From Isurus oxyrinchus (taxonomy: Eukaryota): a DNA stretch of 64,000 nucleotides. The position numbers were made by a program, and so were the translations under genes. Where the stretch lies: NCBI GenBank assembly GCA_026770705.1, contig JANJGN010000026.1, positions 38,750,001-38,814,000 on the forward strand. The letters run 5' to 3'. Positions 1 through 13,666 of this stretch are shown here, piece by piece; within the stretch, counting starts at the first letter, position 1; every line of letters begins with the position of its first letter. The notes under the pieces were generated by a model. The model worked only from the letters and a program-made list of their open reading frames with translations, made no database searches and was not told where the DNA came from.

Positions 1-346
1 TCTTTGTACAGCGCCCTCCCGTGCTCTGTAACACTGTATGTCTGTAATCCCACCATGTTCAGGTTTTTGTACAGCTCTCTCCGTGCTCTGTATCACTGTG
101 TGCCTCTAATCCCACCATGTTAAATTGTTGTACAGCGCCCTCCGTGCTCTGTATCACTGTGTGTCTGTGATCTCACCATGTTCAGGTTTTTGTACGGCTC
201 TTTCCGTGCTCTGTATCACTGTGTGCCTCTAATCCCACCATGTTAAATTGTTGTACAGCGCCCTCCGTGCTCTGTATCACTGTGTGTCTGTGATCTCACC
301 ATGTTCAGGTTTTTGTACGGCTCTTTCCGTGCTCTGTATCACTGTG
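1..346 (-). repeat. Tandem array of 23-bp-spacer RSS units (61/62-bp monomer, 123-bp dimer), truncated by the window start
   Basis: CACAGTG heptamers (minus strand) at 340-346, 278-284, 217-223, 155-161 and 94-100, each with a 23-bp spacer. Nonamers alternate ACAAAAACC (308-316, 185-193, 62-70) and ACAACAATT (246-254, 123-131). A degenerate sixth unit is at 1-38. Confidence 0.93.
308..346 (-). other. 23-RSS of the supporting Vdelta
   Basis: CACAGTG-atacagagcacggaaagagccgt-ACAAAAACC directly after ...CALSRRT; perfect consensus heptamer and nonamer. Confidence 0.95.
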
Positions 347-652
347 CTGTGCGCCGACTCAGTGCACAATAATACACAGCGGAGTCGCTCAGTTGTAGTT
401 TGGAAATATATAACCGGCTGATTTTCTCGGCAGAATCGATAGAAGCAGAAATTCTCTCCCCGGCAGCATTTTCTTTATTCTCCTCTCCTGAAGTGTGTCT
501 CTGAAGCAGGTATTCCGGAGCCTGTCCTGGGGACTGACGGTACCAGTGTACTGTGTACTGACAGATGCCTGAATATTCACAGCTTAAAGTAACGGTGTCA
601 CCGGCAGCAGAGATTTGTAAAGGTGGATTCTGGAATATCAGGAGACTGGAAC
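347..652 (-). CDS. TCR delta V exon, NAR-TCR-supporting type (apparently leaderless, non-canonical CDR1 Cys)
   Basis: Acceptor ...cacccttcag|GT (phase 1). Translates (G)SSLLIFQNPP...TLSCEYSGICQYTVHWYRQ...DSAVYYCALSRR with canonical Cys, Trp and YYC plus an extra CDR1 Cys. No credible leader exon found upstream. Matches the described shark NAR-TCR supporting Vdelta. Confidence 0.9.
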
Positions 653-2343
653 CTGAAGGGTGAAAAATGAACATTTTGTGTTTGTTTAGCTACTGCTGAT
701 ATGGGGAATTTGTCAATCGCGCGAACAGCTTTGTGTTTTTTATCTTGATTTGAAGCCTGTTCGAACGCTGCTCGTTGTTACTGAAATATGATCAACTGGG
801 GAATGAGGTGATATTTTCTCTTCCATAGCGAATTCCTCCGATCAGGGCTTCACTATCTGAATGGGTTTGGGGAACAGATTCAATAGTAACTTTCAAACGG
901 GCGATTTATCTGTTCTGAAGCAGAAAAATGCAGGAATATGGGGAATATGCATGAGTGGTAGGAACAATTGGATTACACTTTTAAAGGGACAGCACCTACA
1001 CGATGGGCCGGATGTCATCCTTCCACGCTGCATGGTTCTATTATGTATATTAGATTTGTTTTTATTTTCCCCGCTGAGAGACAAACCCGAGGGAACTTCT
1101 TATTAACAGTGAAACAGTCAGTTTCCAAAAACTATTTGTCTGACAGTGACCTAGATATAACTCATCACTGCGCAAAGCACGGTCCAACAGAATGCGATTG
1201 CAAATCGTCAGCACCAATCGGGTCAAACAGATAGTGAATATCGATGGTGAAATGTCACCCATTAGCTTCAGTTTCACACTTCTCAGGAGTTTCCATTTGG
1301 CTTTGGGTCTATTAGTTTATTTTTTTCGATCAATCTATGTTTCCACATTTCTCTTTAAGTTGAAATATTTACAGTTAGTTTCATTTTATTTCTACATTTA
1401 CTTTGCACTGTTTGTACGTCTTGCAATCGTGGGAACTTGTCCTAAACTCTCTCAGTTGTCGGTTGGGTTCAGCGTGTTCAGTTTCCGCAGTGGTTTTACT
1501 GTTGGGAGCTGTCTCTTCCGGCTTTCTGGCAATTTCAATTCTTTCCGCCCATTGACTGATTCTCTCCGCTTTCTCTGGGCGGAGTTTTCTCTAAATTTTT
1601 CATTGTACTCAAACTGCAGGAGAGGGATCAGCCATTTGGCACAGTGATTTATGCTGTGGGTATACTCCACAGCAGTCTCCCCAACCTGAAACCTAATTGA
1701 CCATTTCCATCCATATTTCTTTCTCCCTCCTGTATTTTCAGCCTTCCCATAAATCTATCAATAACGTCTGCTCCAACTACTCAGTGTAGCATCAAGTTCC
1801 ACATTCTGACGGTTTTAGTGTACATTTTTCTTCTTAATGTCTTTGTTCTCTTAGTGACGATCTGATATTAATGTCCTACTGATCTCGGCTCATCCATCAA
1901 TATACAGCTGCCACACACGCACTCCATTAAACCCGTTCATAATTTTAAAGATTTCTCTGAATTCTCTTTCCGGTTCTCTGTTTTCCAGATATAAGTGAAC
2001 CAGACTTTTCAATCATTCCAGAGAGATGTGCAGTTTTGCTGATTCCTTTTCTCAGACATTTAAAAAATCTTTGCGAATAATCTTACAAATAGAAGCAGGA
2101 ATGGCCATAACAACTTACAAACCCGCTCCGACGTTCAATAATACCGTGGATGATCATCGACGTAAGCATCACATTCCCATTTCCTAGATTCTTTTAATAA
2201 CCAAGAATCTATGGAACACTCCCATTCATCCACTGAGTATCCGCAGCTCTCTGAACTATAGAATGCAAGAGGTTTACAACACCCACCCGTATCTGCCTTG
2301 TCAGCCGTTGAGAATGAGATCTGCTCACATTCCTCTAAACTAC

Positions 2344-3254
2344 TGTTACGAAAGTACAATGAGTTTAAAAATATTTTTCTGGCTAATTGTGCAGTGTGTT
2401 AATGGGTGTAAGTATAGTTGGTTCTGCCTGTGTGATTTTATTGCATTTGGAGTCAAGTGCATGGCAAGTTTGAAATTATCAAAGGAAGCTACATGTGGAA
2501 ATATGCTTGAAATTCTAAGATGTAAATGTGGATGCTGGCTTAGCATTTAAGGTGTGAAGGAAAGTTGTGTTTCAAAGTGGTGTTAGACTGTTTACAATGA
2601 ACCAGATAAACAAGGCTAAGGAGTCAGATTTAATTTGGTCTGAAGGATGCTGACAATATTGGCAACATGAAAGTTTTTATGTTATGAGGAAGATACAGTT
2701 TCAAAGAAATGTCAAACAATAGAATTTACATGTTAAAGAGAGAGAAACATACATACAGGAGAATGAAAGGCTATGTGAGGAGAGGGCCACGTAAGATCTA
2801 ACAGGTGTCCGTGAAACAACCTTCATGAAGCCTCCTGCCATTTTTGCATATGCCTGCTATGTAAAGGTAGTGAAGTTGGGGAAGCCATTTGGAATTCCAC
2901 TGTCAAATGTGTGCTATGTTAACTTGCTGGTTCTGTTTGAAATCGAAATCTATTTGGACTGTTGCCTTAAAGGGGTGTATAACTGGGAGTCATGTTAATT
3001 CAGAATTTTAGGAGTTGTTATAATAGTAAATAACTTGTCTCTTATGTATGTGTTTGAAATATTTTATTTTGTTAATAAATATTATAATTTAATTTCTCAA
3101 AAGACTCTAAAGGTCTTGCTGGTCTCATTACTTCAGAACCAGTGCATACATCTTCCCGTAATACATATAGATTGCAAAACCGTTGTGACAGAGCAACAAA
3201 GTTTCCTTTGTGGATTTGGTCTGCCTGGCACACATCACCTGCCACGTGATAACA
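2344..3254 (+). mobile_element. LTR-like element (TG...CA termini)
   Basis: Begins TGTTACGAAAG and ends GTGATAACA. It interrupts sequence that is contiguous in the paralogous introns. A homologous inverted copy is at ~27674-28789. Confidence 0.5.
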
Positions 3255-4464
3255 TGACTGAGGGCTCTCTTTGGGATACAGGAAGTTGCTCAATTGGTTC
3301 GGAGTTGGTCAATCTTAAGGCTACCAGAAGAAAATTGAATCCAGGAGTTACTTTGAGGGGTTTCAAAGTGAGAAGAGTGCAAAAATTGTTGCATCCATGG
3401 CACACATCATCTGTAACGTCATAACACGAGGCAATGCAGGCTGTCACGACTTCATCTCTTCTCATAGGATAAACCATTTAACTCAGGAAGCTGCCTGACG
3501 AAACTTTGTTCACTTCCTTCAAGGCATGTAGATGTTTTCTCAATTATGAATCTAAAACTTTACACAGCATCCAGACTGGAGTCCAGTGCAGTCCTTCCCA
3601 CACACAAGAGTTCTCCCAATAGCTTTGTAATACCGAGGAGTACTGATTCATCAGCTGAGGTGGCAGTTCGTGCATAGGTGGTAACCAGCAGGAGGTTTCC
3701 TTCCTATCATTGGGCTGATACCATGAGACGTCCTGCTATGGGAGTCAATGTTGAGGGCTCCAAGGGCAACTCCCTGCTGACTGCATATCACCTCGCCACC
3801 ATTTCTAGGACTATCATGCTGGTGGCCCAGGACATACACAGAGATAGTGATGGTGCTAGATAAGACACTGCCTCTAAGTTATGATTCCGTGAGTTTGACT
3901 CTGCCAGGTTGTTGCTTGACAAATATTTGGGAAAGCTCTCCCAGTTTTAGCACATACCTCCAGATGTTAGTAAGGAGGACACTGCAGGATGGACAGGCCT
4001 AGGTTTGCCATTGTCATTTCCGAAGCCTAGGTCGATTGCAGGTGGTGTGGTCCATGGATTATTCTTTTTTTTAGACTTAGCAGCCATTTGATTCAAATAA
4101 GTGGCTTGCTCTGTCATCATTTTACAAAGCACTGAAGAGTAAACTACAATTCTTTGTGTCTGAAGTTTTATGTAGGTTAGACCAGGTAAAAACAGCAAAT
4201 TTCCTTCGATTAAGTAGACTAGGGCGCTGGGCGGCTCGCAACAATCGGCAACAGTTTCATGATCACCATACTACCAACATCTTTTAACTCCTGGTGCTTG
4301 AATGCCACCAGCTGCTGCAGTGGGGTTTGAACCAGTATTAACACACAGAGGATTGACAGGGCATCTGGGTTACTAGTCTAATGACATTACCACGAGGCCA
4401 CCCCTCCCCATGGCGATTATTTGCCTGGATTCTTTACAACACGTCACGGTTTGGAGTCACTTAC

Positions 4465-4809
4465 CAGCTGTGACAGTCACCTCTGTCCCGGATCCGTCTG
4501 CATAACCATCTTTCCAAACGGAACCACATCCATATTTGTACTGAGCTTTACAGTAATAGGTGGCCGTGTCTTCAACGCTCAGATCCCGAATTTCCAGCGA
4601 AAAATTATTTACCGCTTTATTTATCGACACAACAAATCTCCCTTCGCTGGGGATCCGCTTCCACTCAGTGCCTGTCTGGGTTTTTCTGAAGAAATGTCCA
4701 TCCTGTAAACGATGATAATTACCATGGAATACACAGGTAATGATGAGGGACTGACACTCCTTCCTGGTCACCGCTACCGGGGTCTGTGTCACTGACTGAC
4801 TGAAAAAGC
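4465..4809 (-). CDS. Germline-joined NAR-TCR-type V(D)J exon, copy A
   Basis: Acceptor ttaatttccag|GC, donor G|GTAAGT. Open 345-nt frame FFSQSVTQTPVAVTRKECQSLIITC...YYCKAQYKYGCGSVWKDGYADGSGTEVTVTA. V runs directly into J-like sequence with no RSS. Confidence 0.92.
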
Positions 4810-4957
4810 CTGGAAATTAAACAGAGAGAGTTTAATGGGCCATCAGATCCGAAGTACAAAACGCGGTGCAAACGCCAGACAGTGTCTGTAATTGGGAAGG
4901 ACTCCGGCAGCTTTAGGTAAAATGCACACAACGTCGATTAGTTCGATTGGTTGCCAC

Positions 4958-4991
4958 GGAGTATACAGGGCAAAACAAGCTAAATTCCCAT
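4958..4991 (-). pseudogene. Defective leader exon of joined copy A
   Basis: ATG GGA ATT TAG (in-frame stop at codon 4), 9 nt shorter than the intact 43-nt leader, donor degraded to GTGGCA. Confidence 0.85.
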
Positions 4992-5045
4992 TCTTCTGCT
5001 TCCTGGAGCTGATAGTTTGTATGACGGGGAGCAGGAGATTGCGGC

Positions 5046-5547
5046 AATAAAAGCAGAAAGTGCTGGAAAAACTCAGCAAGTCTGGCAGCCTCTGTGGAGA
5101 GAGCAACAGCGTTAACGTTTCCAGTCGCTGTGGAGTGGTGTTGTTTTCAGACTAGTAGCCCAGGGACGCAGGCCAATATTCTGGGGTCCCTGGTTCGAGT
5201 TTAGCCAAGGCAGATGGTGGAATTTGAATTGAATCAACATCAGGAATCAAAAGTCTAATGATGACCATAAAACCATTGTCGATTGTTGTAAAAACCCATC
5301 AGGTTAACTTATGCCTTTTAAGGAAGGAAATCTGCCAATCTTATCGGGTCTGCCCTACATATGACTCCAGACGCACAGCAATGTGGTTGTCTCTGAAATG
5401 CCCGGATAGGCAATAAATGCTTGCCTTGGCAGTAGCGCCCACATCCAAAGATTAAAATAAAAGATGTTGCCAGAACTGCTGAGGATTTTCCAGCATTTTC
5501 TGTTTTTATTTCCGGTTTCTAGCATCCGCAGTATTTTGTTTTTATGT
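5046..5547. mobile_element. Composite insertion (Penelope-derived short repeat arms around a SINE-like core) in the promoter/5'UTR of copy A
   Basis: Flanked by an imperfect 13-bp direct repeat aggagattgcggc (5033-5045) / aggagactgcagc (5548-5560). Absent at the same position in the other three paralogues. Confidence 0.75.
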
Positions 5548-6860
5548 AGGAGACTGCAGCTCTGAACTGCTCATGGAGACTGCAACTCAGAGCTGGACTG
5601 AAATATTTTAGACTGTACAGTTCATTTGCCGTGGACTGTGTCCCTCGGATGATTGATGAGCCGTCCCATTTCCATCTCTCCGCTTGTGTGTTGCCTGAAT
5701 GAGTGACAGGTTTAAAAACGGAACCAGCGGTTTCATGTTGCTTCTTTGGGTCTGGAAGCCTGATGTGAAGTCCCCACTCCCATTTGTCTGATGTACAGTT
5801 GCTGGCGGGATGGGACGAGGGAGGTGGAATGGTTTTCCTTAGGAAAGTCTGCCTTCCTCTTTCTCCCACAATAATGAAATTGCAGGTGCGTCCATGTGCT
5901 TTTAATAAGAGGTAATGTTTGAGGGTGGGATGTGGGAGAATCTCTCTGTCTCCAATATTGTCCTAACTGTAGTTAAAAACAGACAAAATCTGGAAAAACC
6001 CGGGATATCTGGCAGCATCTAGCGCGGGTGAAACAGAGTTAACGTTTCGAGTCCCCATGACTGCTTCAAAGCTGCCTCTGCCGGAAATTGTTAAACATCT
6101 CCCTGAACTGGCTGGTGAGACTTCATTTGACTGCTTGATCAAAGGGAAGAAGCCTTATACCCGCCTCAGACAAGCAACTGAGGATCAAGATGCAATATGA
6201 GGTAGTCCAGTGACTTCCCAATGTTCAGGCAGAAAGAATCAACTCGCCATATCATTTAAACAAAAGCTTGTTGCACTCCTTCCATTATGATTTGCATTTG
6301 AACTGATCTATCCAGTAAACTATGGTTGATTTCCAGGTCCGGATTACTTAGAGCTTCCAGTTGCAATTAAATAACACGAAGAAACACTTAGAAGTGCAGT
6401 AGAAATGCGGAAACACGGTTTTTAAAATTTTATTTAAAGATCACAGTCACTGCCTTATGAAAGCTTTCATGTGGATTAGTTGTCCCTGATCCAACAACAC
6501 TGTTAAAATATAGCTCGTGAACAGTACCGGAGCAAAATCTGGAACTCCCTCCCTAACAGCACTGTGGGTGTACCTACACCACATAGAATGCAGCGGTTCT
6601 GGAAGGCAGCTCACCTTCTCAAGGGAAACTAGGGATGGGCAATAAATGCTGGCCCAGCCAGCGAAGCCCACATCCCGTCAATGAGAAAAAAAAACTATCT
6701 GCTCCAACATTTCCCTGTGGCAACAAGTTTCAAATCCTGGCGTGCCTTTGTTTAAATTTACCTTTCTTAATGCCTTTATTTTTTTGTTAGTGTGGATCAT
6801 ACATTGACGGCCCATTCCTCTGGACTCGCCCACAAATAAATTTGTGCTCCACATCCACCC

Positions 6861-8822
6861 ATAAGACCATAAGACATAGGAGCAGAAATTAGGCCATTCG
6901 GCCCAACGAATCTGCTCCGCCATTCAATCATGGCTGATAAGTTTCTCAACCCCATTCTCCCGCCTTCTCCCCGTAACATATGACCTCTTACCATCAAGAA
7001 CCTATCTATCTCGGTCTTAAATACACTCAATGACCTGCCTCCACAGCCTTCTGTGGCAATGAATTCCATAGATTCACCACTCTCTGGCTAAAGAAGTTTC
7101 TCCTCATCTCTTGTTCTAAAAGGTCTTCCCTTTACTCTGAGGCTGTGCCCTCGGGTCCTAGTCTCTCCTACTAATGGAAGCATCTTCCCCCTGTCCACTC
7201 TATCCAGGCCTTTCAGTATTCTGTTAGTTTCAATCAGATCCCCACTCATCCTTCTAAACTTCATCGAGTATAGACCCAGAGTCCTCAAACGTTCCTCATA
7301 TGTTAAGCCTTTCATTCCTGGGATCATTCCAGTGAAACTCTTCTGGATCCTCTCCAGGCCCAGCACATCGTTCCTGAGATACGGGGCCCAAAATTGCTCA
7401 CAATATTCTAAATGTGGTCTGACCAGAGCCTTATAAAGCCTCAGCAGCACATCCCTGCTTTTATATTCTAGTCCTCTTGAAATAAATGCCAACATTGCAT
7501 TTGGCTTCCTAACTACTGACTCTGCACTTTAGCCTTAAGAGAATCCTGTACTAGGACTCCCAAGTCCTTTTGCACTCCAGATTTCTGTATTCTCTCCTCA
7601 TTTAGAAAATAGTCTATGCCTCTAATCTTCCTACCAAAGTGCATGACCTTACACTTCCCCACATTGTAATCCATCTGCCACTTCTTTGCCCATTCTCCTA
7701 ACCTGTGCAAATCCGTATGCAGCCTCCCCACCTCCTTAATACTACCTGTCCCTCCACCTAACTTTGTATCATTTGCAAACTTCGCCAGAATGCCCTCAGT
7801 TCTTTCATCTAGATCATTAATGTATAAAGTGAAAAGTTGTGGTCCCAACCTGACCCCTGCGGAACTCCACTAAACACCAGCCATCATCCTAAGAAGGACC
7901 CCTTTAAGCCCACTCTTTGCCTCCTGCCAGACGGCCAATCTTCTTTCCATGCTAGTACCTTGCCTCTAACACCATGGGCTCTTATCTTACTGAGCAGCCT
8001 CCTGTGCGGCACCTTGTCAAAGCCCTTCTGGAAGTCCAAGTAGATAACATCCATTGGCTCTCCTTTGTCTAACCTACTCGTTACCTCTTCAAAGAATTCT
8101 AACAGATTTGTCAGGTATGACCTCCCCTTGATGAAACCAGGCTGACTTTGCCCTAATTTACCATGCACTTCCAAGTATTCTGAAATCTCATCCTTAATAA
8201 TGGTCTCTAAAATCTTACCAACGACCGAGGTCAGGCTAATCGGCCAGTAATTTCCCGTCTTTTGCCTCAGTCCTTCTTAAACAGGGGGGTTACATTAGCG
8301 ATTTTCCGGTCCTCTGGAACCCTCCCTGACTCCAGTGGTTCGTGAAAGATCACCACTAACGCCTCCACTATCTCTTCAGCTATCTCCTTCAGAACTCTGG
8401 GGTGTAATTCATCTGCTCCAGGTTATTTGTCCACCTTCAGACCTTTCCGTTTTCCTAGCACCTTCTCCTTGGTAATGGCCACCATACTCACCTCTGCACA
8501 CCACCCCCCCCCCCCCGACTTTCTTGAACTAGGGGGATGTTACTCGTGTTTTCCACCGTGAAGACTGATGCAACGTCCGTATTCAGTTCCTCTGCCATTT
8601 CTTTGTTCCCCAATATTACTTCTCCAACGTCATTTTCCAGGGCCCAATGTCCATTTTTACCACTTTCTTACCCTTTATATATCTAAAAAAAAACCTCTTG
8701 CAATCTTGTTTTATATTACTGGCTAGTTTACCCTCATATTTAATCTTCTCCCTCCTTATTTCTTTTTCAGTTGTCCTCTGTTGGTCTTTGTAGCCTTCCC
8801 AATCCCTTGGTTTCCCACTGCT
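6861..8822 (-). mobile_element. CR1-like LINE, 5'-truncated, frameshifted ORF2 (RT)
   Basis: ORF fragments YLDFQKGFDKVPH, GPQLFTLYINDLD...AKFANDTKL and LYKALVRPHLEYC. Short tandem tail (ataagacc/ataagac) at the 3' end. Confidence 0.92.
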
Positions 8823-10321
8823 CACCCCAGTGAACACGTTCATTATTTAGAAGATTTCTCTGAATTCTCCTCGCGTTTCTCTGTTTTCTAGAGAAAAGAA
8901 ACCAGGCCTGTTCAGCCTTTCCAGACAGATGTCGATTTGTTGTTCATTTATTTTCCAAAAAGTGGAAGAAATCAAAGAAGGTGACATAAGAAATAGGAGC
9001 TGCCGCCACCTTTCAAATCTGCTCCTCTGTTCAAGAATATAGTGGCTGATCTGTGTCCTGAATATCACAATCACGCACTGTCTCCATATCCCTTGATTCT
9101 TTCAGAGTCCAAACATCTATGAACACTGCCCATCTTTGATTAGATGCCATGAGACCTCATGGTGTCTGGAGTCAATGTTGAGGACTCCCAGGGGCAACAC
9201 CCTGCTGAGTGTATATCACCGTGCAGCTGCCTCTGGGACTGTCCTGCTGGTGGCAAAGGACATACACAGTGACACTCACTTTTGAGTATCCACAGCTCTC
9301 TCAGGTATAGAATGTCACGGATTCAAAATAATATTTTGACCAAAGACAAATCTCCTCATCTCAGTTCTAATGGCCGACCTCATATTCTAAACTCTGACAC
9401 CTGGAGAAACACCAACCCCAGAAGCTGCCCTGTTAGGCCCTTTAAGAATACTTCATGTTCCAATGATATCAGCTGTAATTTCTTCAAGCTCGAGGGAATC
9501 TATGCTTTAACTACGTAACTTCTCCTCATAGGACAATCCGTTTGGCTCTGGAATCAGTACGATGAACGTTGTTCACTTGCGCCAAAGCATGTAGATCCTT
9601 TCTGAAGAATGAGCCCCCAAGTTTACACAGCATTCCAAACTGGAGCCCATTGCAGTCATTGCCACACTGAATGCTTCCTCCAATTAATGTTCAATACGGA
9701 GGAAAACTGATTCATCAGTTGGTGGGTCGGTGGTAATCAGCAGGAGGTTTCCTTGCCCATCTTTGATTAGTTGCCATGAGACCTCATGGTGTCTGGAGCC
9801 GATGTTGAGGACCCCCAGGGGCAACACCCTGCTGAGTGTATATCACCTTGCAGCTACCTCTGGGACTGTCCTGCTGGTGGCACAGGACATACACAGGGAC
9901 AGTGATGGTGGTGCCTAAGACATTGTCAAAAGGCTATGATTCTGTGAGCATGACTCTTGTCAGTGTGTTGTCAGTGACTAGGCCATCATTTCAGGGAGCA
10001 TTTAAGAGTAAACCACATTGTTTTGTGTCTGGAGTCACATGCGGGTTAGACTAGGTTTAAACTGAATATTTCCATCACTAAAGGACATTCGTGAATCAGA
10101 TAACTTCCAGCAATGATTTCATGATCACTAGTTTAAATGCCAGTTGTTTATATTATTTGATTTTTAATTCCACCAGTTGCTGGGATTTGAAGCCGATTTC
10201 CCAGTTCATTTGCCTTGCCCTCTGGATTACGAGTCTAATGACATTACAACTAGACCACCCCCTCTCCAATGTGAACATTAACCTGGATACTCTGTAATAC
10301 ATGGCGGTTGGTGTCACTTAC

Positions 10322-10669
10322 CGTCAGTGACAGTCAACACCGTCCCTGATCCGAGTTCATATACATCTTTCGAAACGGTGCTCCCACATCTATATCTGTA
10401 CTGAGCTTTACAGAAATAGGTGGCGGTGTCTTCAACTCTCAAATCTCGAATTTCCAACGACAATGTCTTTTTTTCTTTATTCACGGACACAACAAATCTC
10501 CCTCCGCTGGAGATCCACTCCCGCTCTGTCCCGGTCTGGGTTTTTCTGAAGAAACGCCCGCCTTCTAAACTTTGAGAATTACCAGATAAAGCACAGGTGA
10601 TGGTGAGAGACTGACACTCCTTCCTGGTCACCGCTGCCGGGGTCTGTGTCACTGACTGACTCAAAGAGC
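10322..10669 (-). CDS. Germline-joined NAR-TCR-type V(D)J exon, copy B
   Basis: Intact acceptor (ttaatttccag) and donor (G|GTAAGT). Open 348-nt frame SLSQSVTQTPAAVTRKECQSLTITC...YFCKAQYRYRCGSTVSKDVYELGSGTVLTVTD. No RSS. Confidence 0.92.
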
Positions 10670-10816
10670 CTGGAAATTAAACAGAGAGAGTTTAATGGAC
10701 ATTCAGAGCCGAAACACAGAACGGGCTTAAACCCCAGACAGTGTCTGTAATTGGGATGGACTCCGGCAGCTTTATATTAAATCCATACAATGTCTGTTTG
10801 TTTGACCAGTGTTCAC

Positions 10817-10859
10817 GGGGTAAAAAAACACAAAGGGTGAAATCAAGGAGGGTTCGCAT
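10817..10859 (-). other. Leader exon of copy B, probably weakened
   Basis: MRTLLDFTLCVFLP is open but has Asp in the hydrophobic core. Donor is GTGAAC versus GTGAGT in the rearranging V. Confidence 0.75.
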
Positions 10860-13666
10860 CGTTCTGCTGTTTGGAGTTGGTGGTTTATTTGACATGGAGC
10901 AGGAGACTGCAGACCGGGACTGCTCTTGGAGACTGGGCCTCAGAGCTGGATTGAAATACTTTAGAGGGTAGAGTTGCTTTGCAGAGGGCGGTGTCCCACG
11001 GGCCACGCTGTATCCATCTCTCTGGTTGTGTGTTGTGTGAATAAGTTACAGATTTAAAAACGGAACCTGCAGTTTCATGTTGCTTCATTGGGCCTGTGAG
11101 CCTGAGGTGAAGTCCCCTCTCCTATTTACCTGATGTACAGTGCCCGGCGGGGTGGGTGAAGGGAGGTAGGGTTGTTTCCATTAGTGAAGTGTTCCGCCCT
11201 CATTCTCCCAAAACAATGAGCTTGTAGCTCCATCCATGTGTTTGTAGTGAGAGCTACTTCATGAGGATGGGATGTGGGAGAATCCCTCTTTCCTCAATAT
11301 TATTCTAACTGTCACGAGTATCAGAAAATGATGGAAACCTCATTAGTTCTGGCAGCATCTATGGAGAGTGAAACAAAATTAAAGTTTCGAGTCCATATGA
11401 CGCTTCTTCGGAGTTGACTGTGCTGGGGATTATTAAACATCTCTCTGAACTGTCTGGTGGGACTTCGGTTGAACGTCTTATCCAAGGGAAGGAACCTTAT
11501 ACCCGCCTTAGTCCAGCAACTGAAAACCTGGTTGAAATAAAAGACAGCCAAGTGACTTTGCCAAAACTGAGGCAGAAGTACATAATGACCGGAAAGAATA
11601 ACGTGTCCACATCATTGAAAGAAATGCTTGCTGCACTCCTTCCTCTGTGATTTGCATTTGAAATAATGCTTCCAGTAAACAATGTTTGATTTCCTAGTCT
11701 GGATAATTCAGAGTTTCCAGTTGCAGTGTTAGAACTTGAAGCCACACTCAGATGGACAGTTGAAATGGAGGCGGACACTGTGTTTGGGAATTGTTCAAAA
11801 TATCACACTCACTACCTTGTGAAACCTGGTCACTGTGTATAAACTGCACCAGGTCTAACAACACGTTCTGTTGAAATAAACCTCGTGAAGCAGCCGCGGT
11901 CAAATGCTCCTGGAAACTGACAGGGACGAGGACATGGGTCTGCTCAATAAACCAGATAGGTGCGCCAAGGGCTGAAAAAGGTCAAAAAAACGACTTTAGG
12001 AGCACCGAACTTCAAACTAATTTGGTCCACTGTACGTCACACAAACATGGCCGATCGTCCGACACTCAAATGTGGTCGATTGCTGAATGGACCTTTGAGT
12101 AGGGCCGGATGGGCTACCGCTGATCCCCAATGTGCCATCAAAGATATCAACCTCATCTCATTGACCGAAAAAGAAAATGAAGATCTGACAAGACCTCCTT
12201 GCTTCATAAACAAGTTTTGTAGATTAAATATCATCCATTTTCCTTCTGATTTTTCCGAATTCTCCTCGGGGTTCTGTGTTTTCCAGAGGGAAGAGGCCCC
12301 GCCTGCTCACCCTCTCCCGAGAGATGTCGATTGTTACTTATTTCTTTTCTCAAAAGCTGAATAAATCATAGCAGAGAACATAAGAAATAGAAGCTGGAGC
12401 CACCATAACACATTTCAAACCTACTCTGCCATTCAACAATTTCCTGGCTGATCTCCTTCTTCAAAATCACAATCCCACACTTTCCCCATATCCCTTGATT
12501 CTATCAGAGTCCAAACATTTATCGAACACTGTCTTGAATCCACTCACCACTGAGTGTGATCTGAAACTGTGACCCCTAGTTACAGACTGGACAGTCTGGA
12601 GAAACACCAATCCAGAATCTGCCTGTCAAGAATATTTTATATTCCAATGATATCAGCTGTTATTTCTCTAAACTCTCAGGAATATATGCTTTGACTACTT
12701 AATCTCTTCTCCTAGGACACTCCCTTTAACTCAGGAAGCAGTCTGCCGAGTCTTTGTTCGCTTCCGTCAAAGCATGTAGTTCCTTTCTTAATACTGAGTG
12801 CAAAGCTTTACACAGCATGCTGACTGGAGTCCATTACAATCCTTGCCGCCCTCAATGCTTCTTCCAATTGATGCTCAATAAGGGGGAGGACTGATTCATC
12901 AGCTGAACTAGAGATAGATGGTCATCAGCGGGAGGTTTCCTTGCCTATCTTTAACCTGATGCCAGGAGACTTCATGGGGCATGGATTCAATGTTGAGGAC
13001 TCCCAGGGGCAACTCGCTGCAGACTGCATATCAGCGCGCCGCTACCTCTGGTCTGTCTTGTCCGTGGCACAGGGCATACACAGGGATAGTGAAGACATTG
13101 TCAGTACGTTAAGTTAAGTGAGTATGACTATGTCAGGCTGTTGCTTGATAAACCTCCCAATTTTGGCACATGCCTCCAGAGTTACGAGGACATTGCAGGT
13201 TCGACAGGGCAGGGTTTAGCCACGGTCATATTGGGTACCTGTGTCGATGGCAGATGCTATGCCGAGTGGTGGGTCCAGGTTTCATTCCTTTTTATTTCAG
13301 GCTTCGCAGCGATTTCATTCATCTGAGTGACTAGGCCACCATTTCAAGCAGCATTAAAGAGTAATCCACATTGCTTTGTGTCTGGAGTCGCATGTACGTT
13401 AGACCAGGTTCAAACGGAAGATATCATTTCCTAAAGGGCATTGGTGAATCAGACATCTTGCAGCAATGGTTTTCTGATCACTTGTTTATATTATTAGATT
13501 TTTAATTCCATGCGTTGCTGCTGGTGGGATTTGAAGTAAGTTTCTCAGCTCATGGGCCTTGGCCTCTGGATTACGAGTCCAATGACATTACAACTAGACC
13601 ACCCCCTCCCCAATGTGATCATTAACCTGGATAGACAGTAATACATGGCGGTTTGGTGTCACTTAC

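Noticed and set aside
8-277. CTCF-like GCGCCCTCC in alternate RSS spacers
   Set aside because: Only about 9-11 of 14 core positions match; too weak to call.
1-346. CRISPR-like array or a string of D segments
   Set aside because: Eukaryotic context and the spacers are not unique. All RSSs face the same way, so the intervening 22-23 bp are not flanked by opposing RSSs as D segments would be.
653-674. ATG at 674 as the true start of the Vdelta ORF
   Set aside because: It lies in the polypyrimidine tract of the acceptor and gives no signal peptide; the exon starts at 652.
780-830. Possible leader exon for the supporting Vdelta (ATGGAAGAG...)
   Set aside because: MEEKISPHSPVDHIS is not hydrophobic and lacks a good donor.
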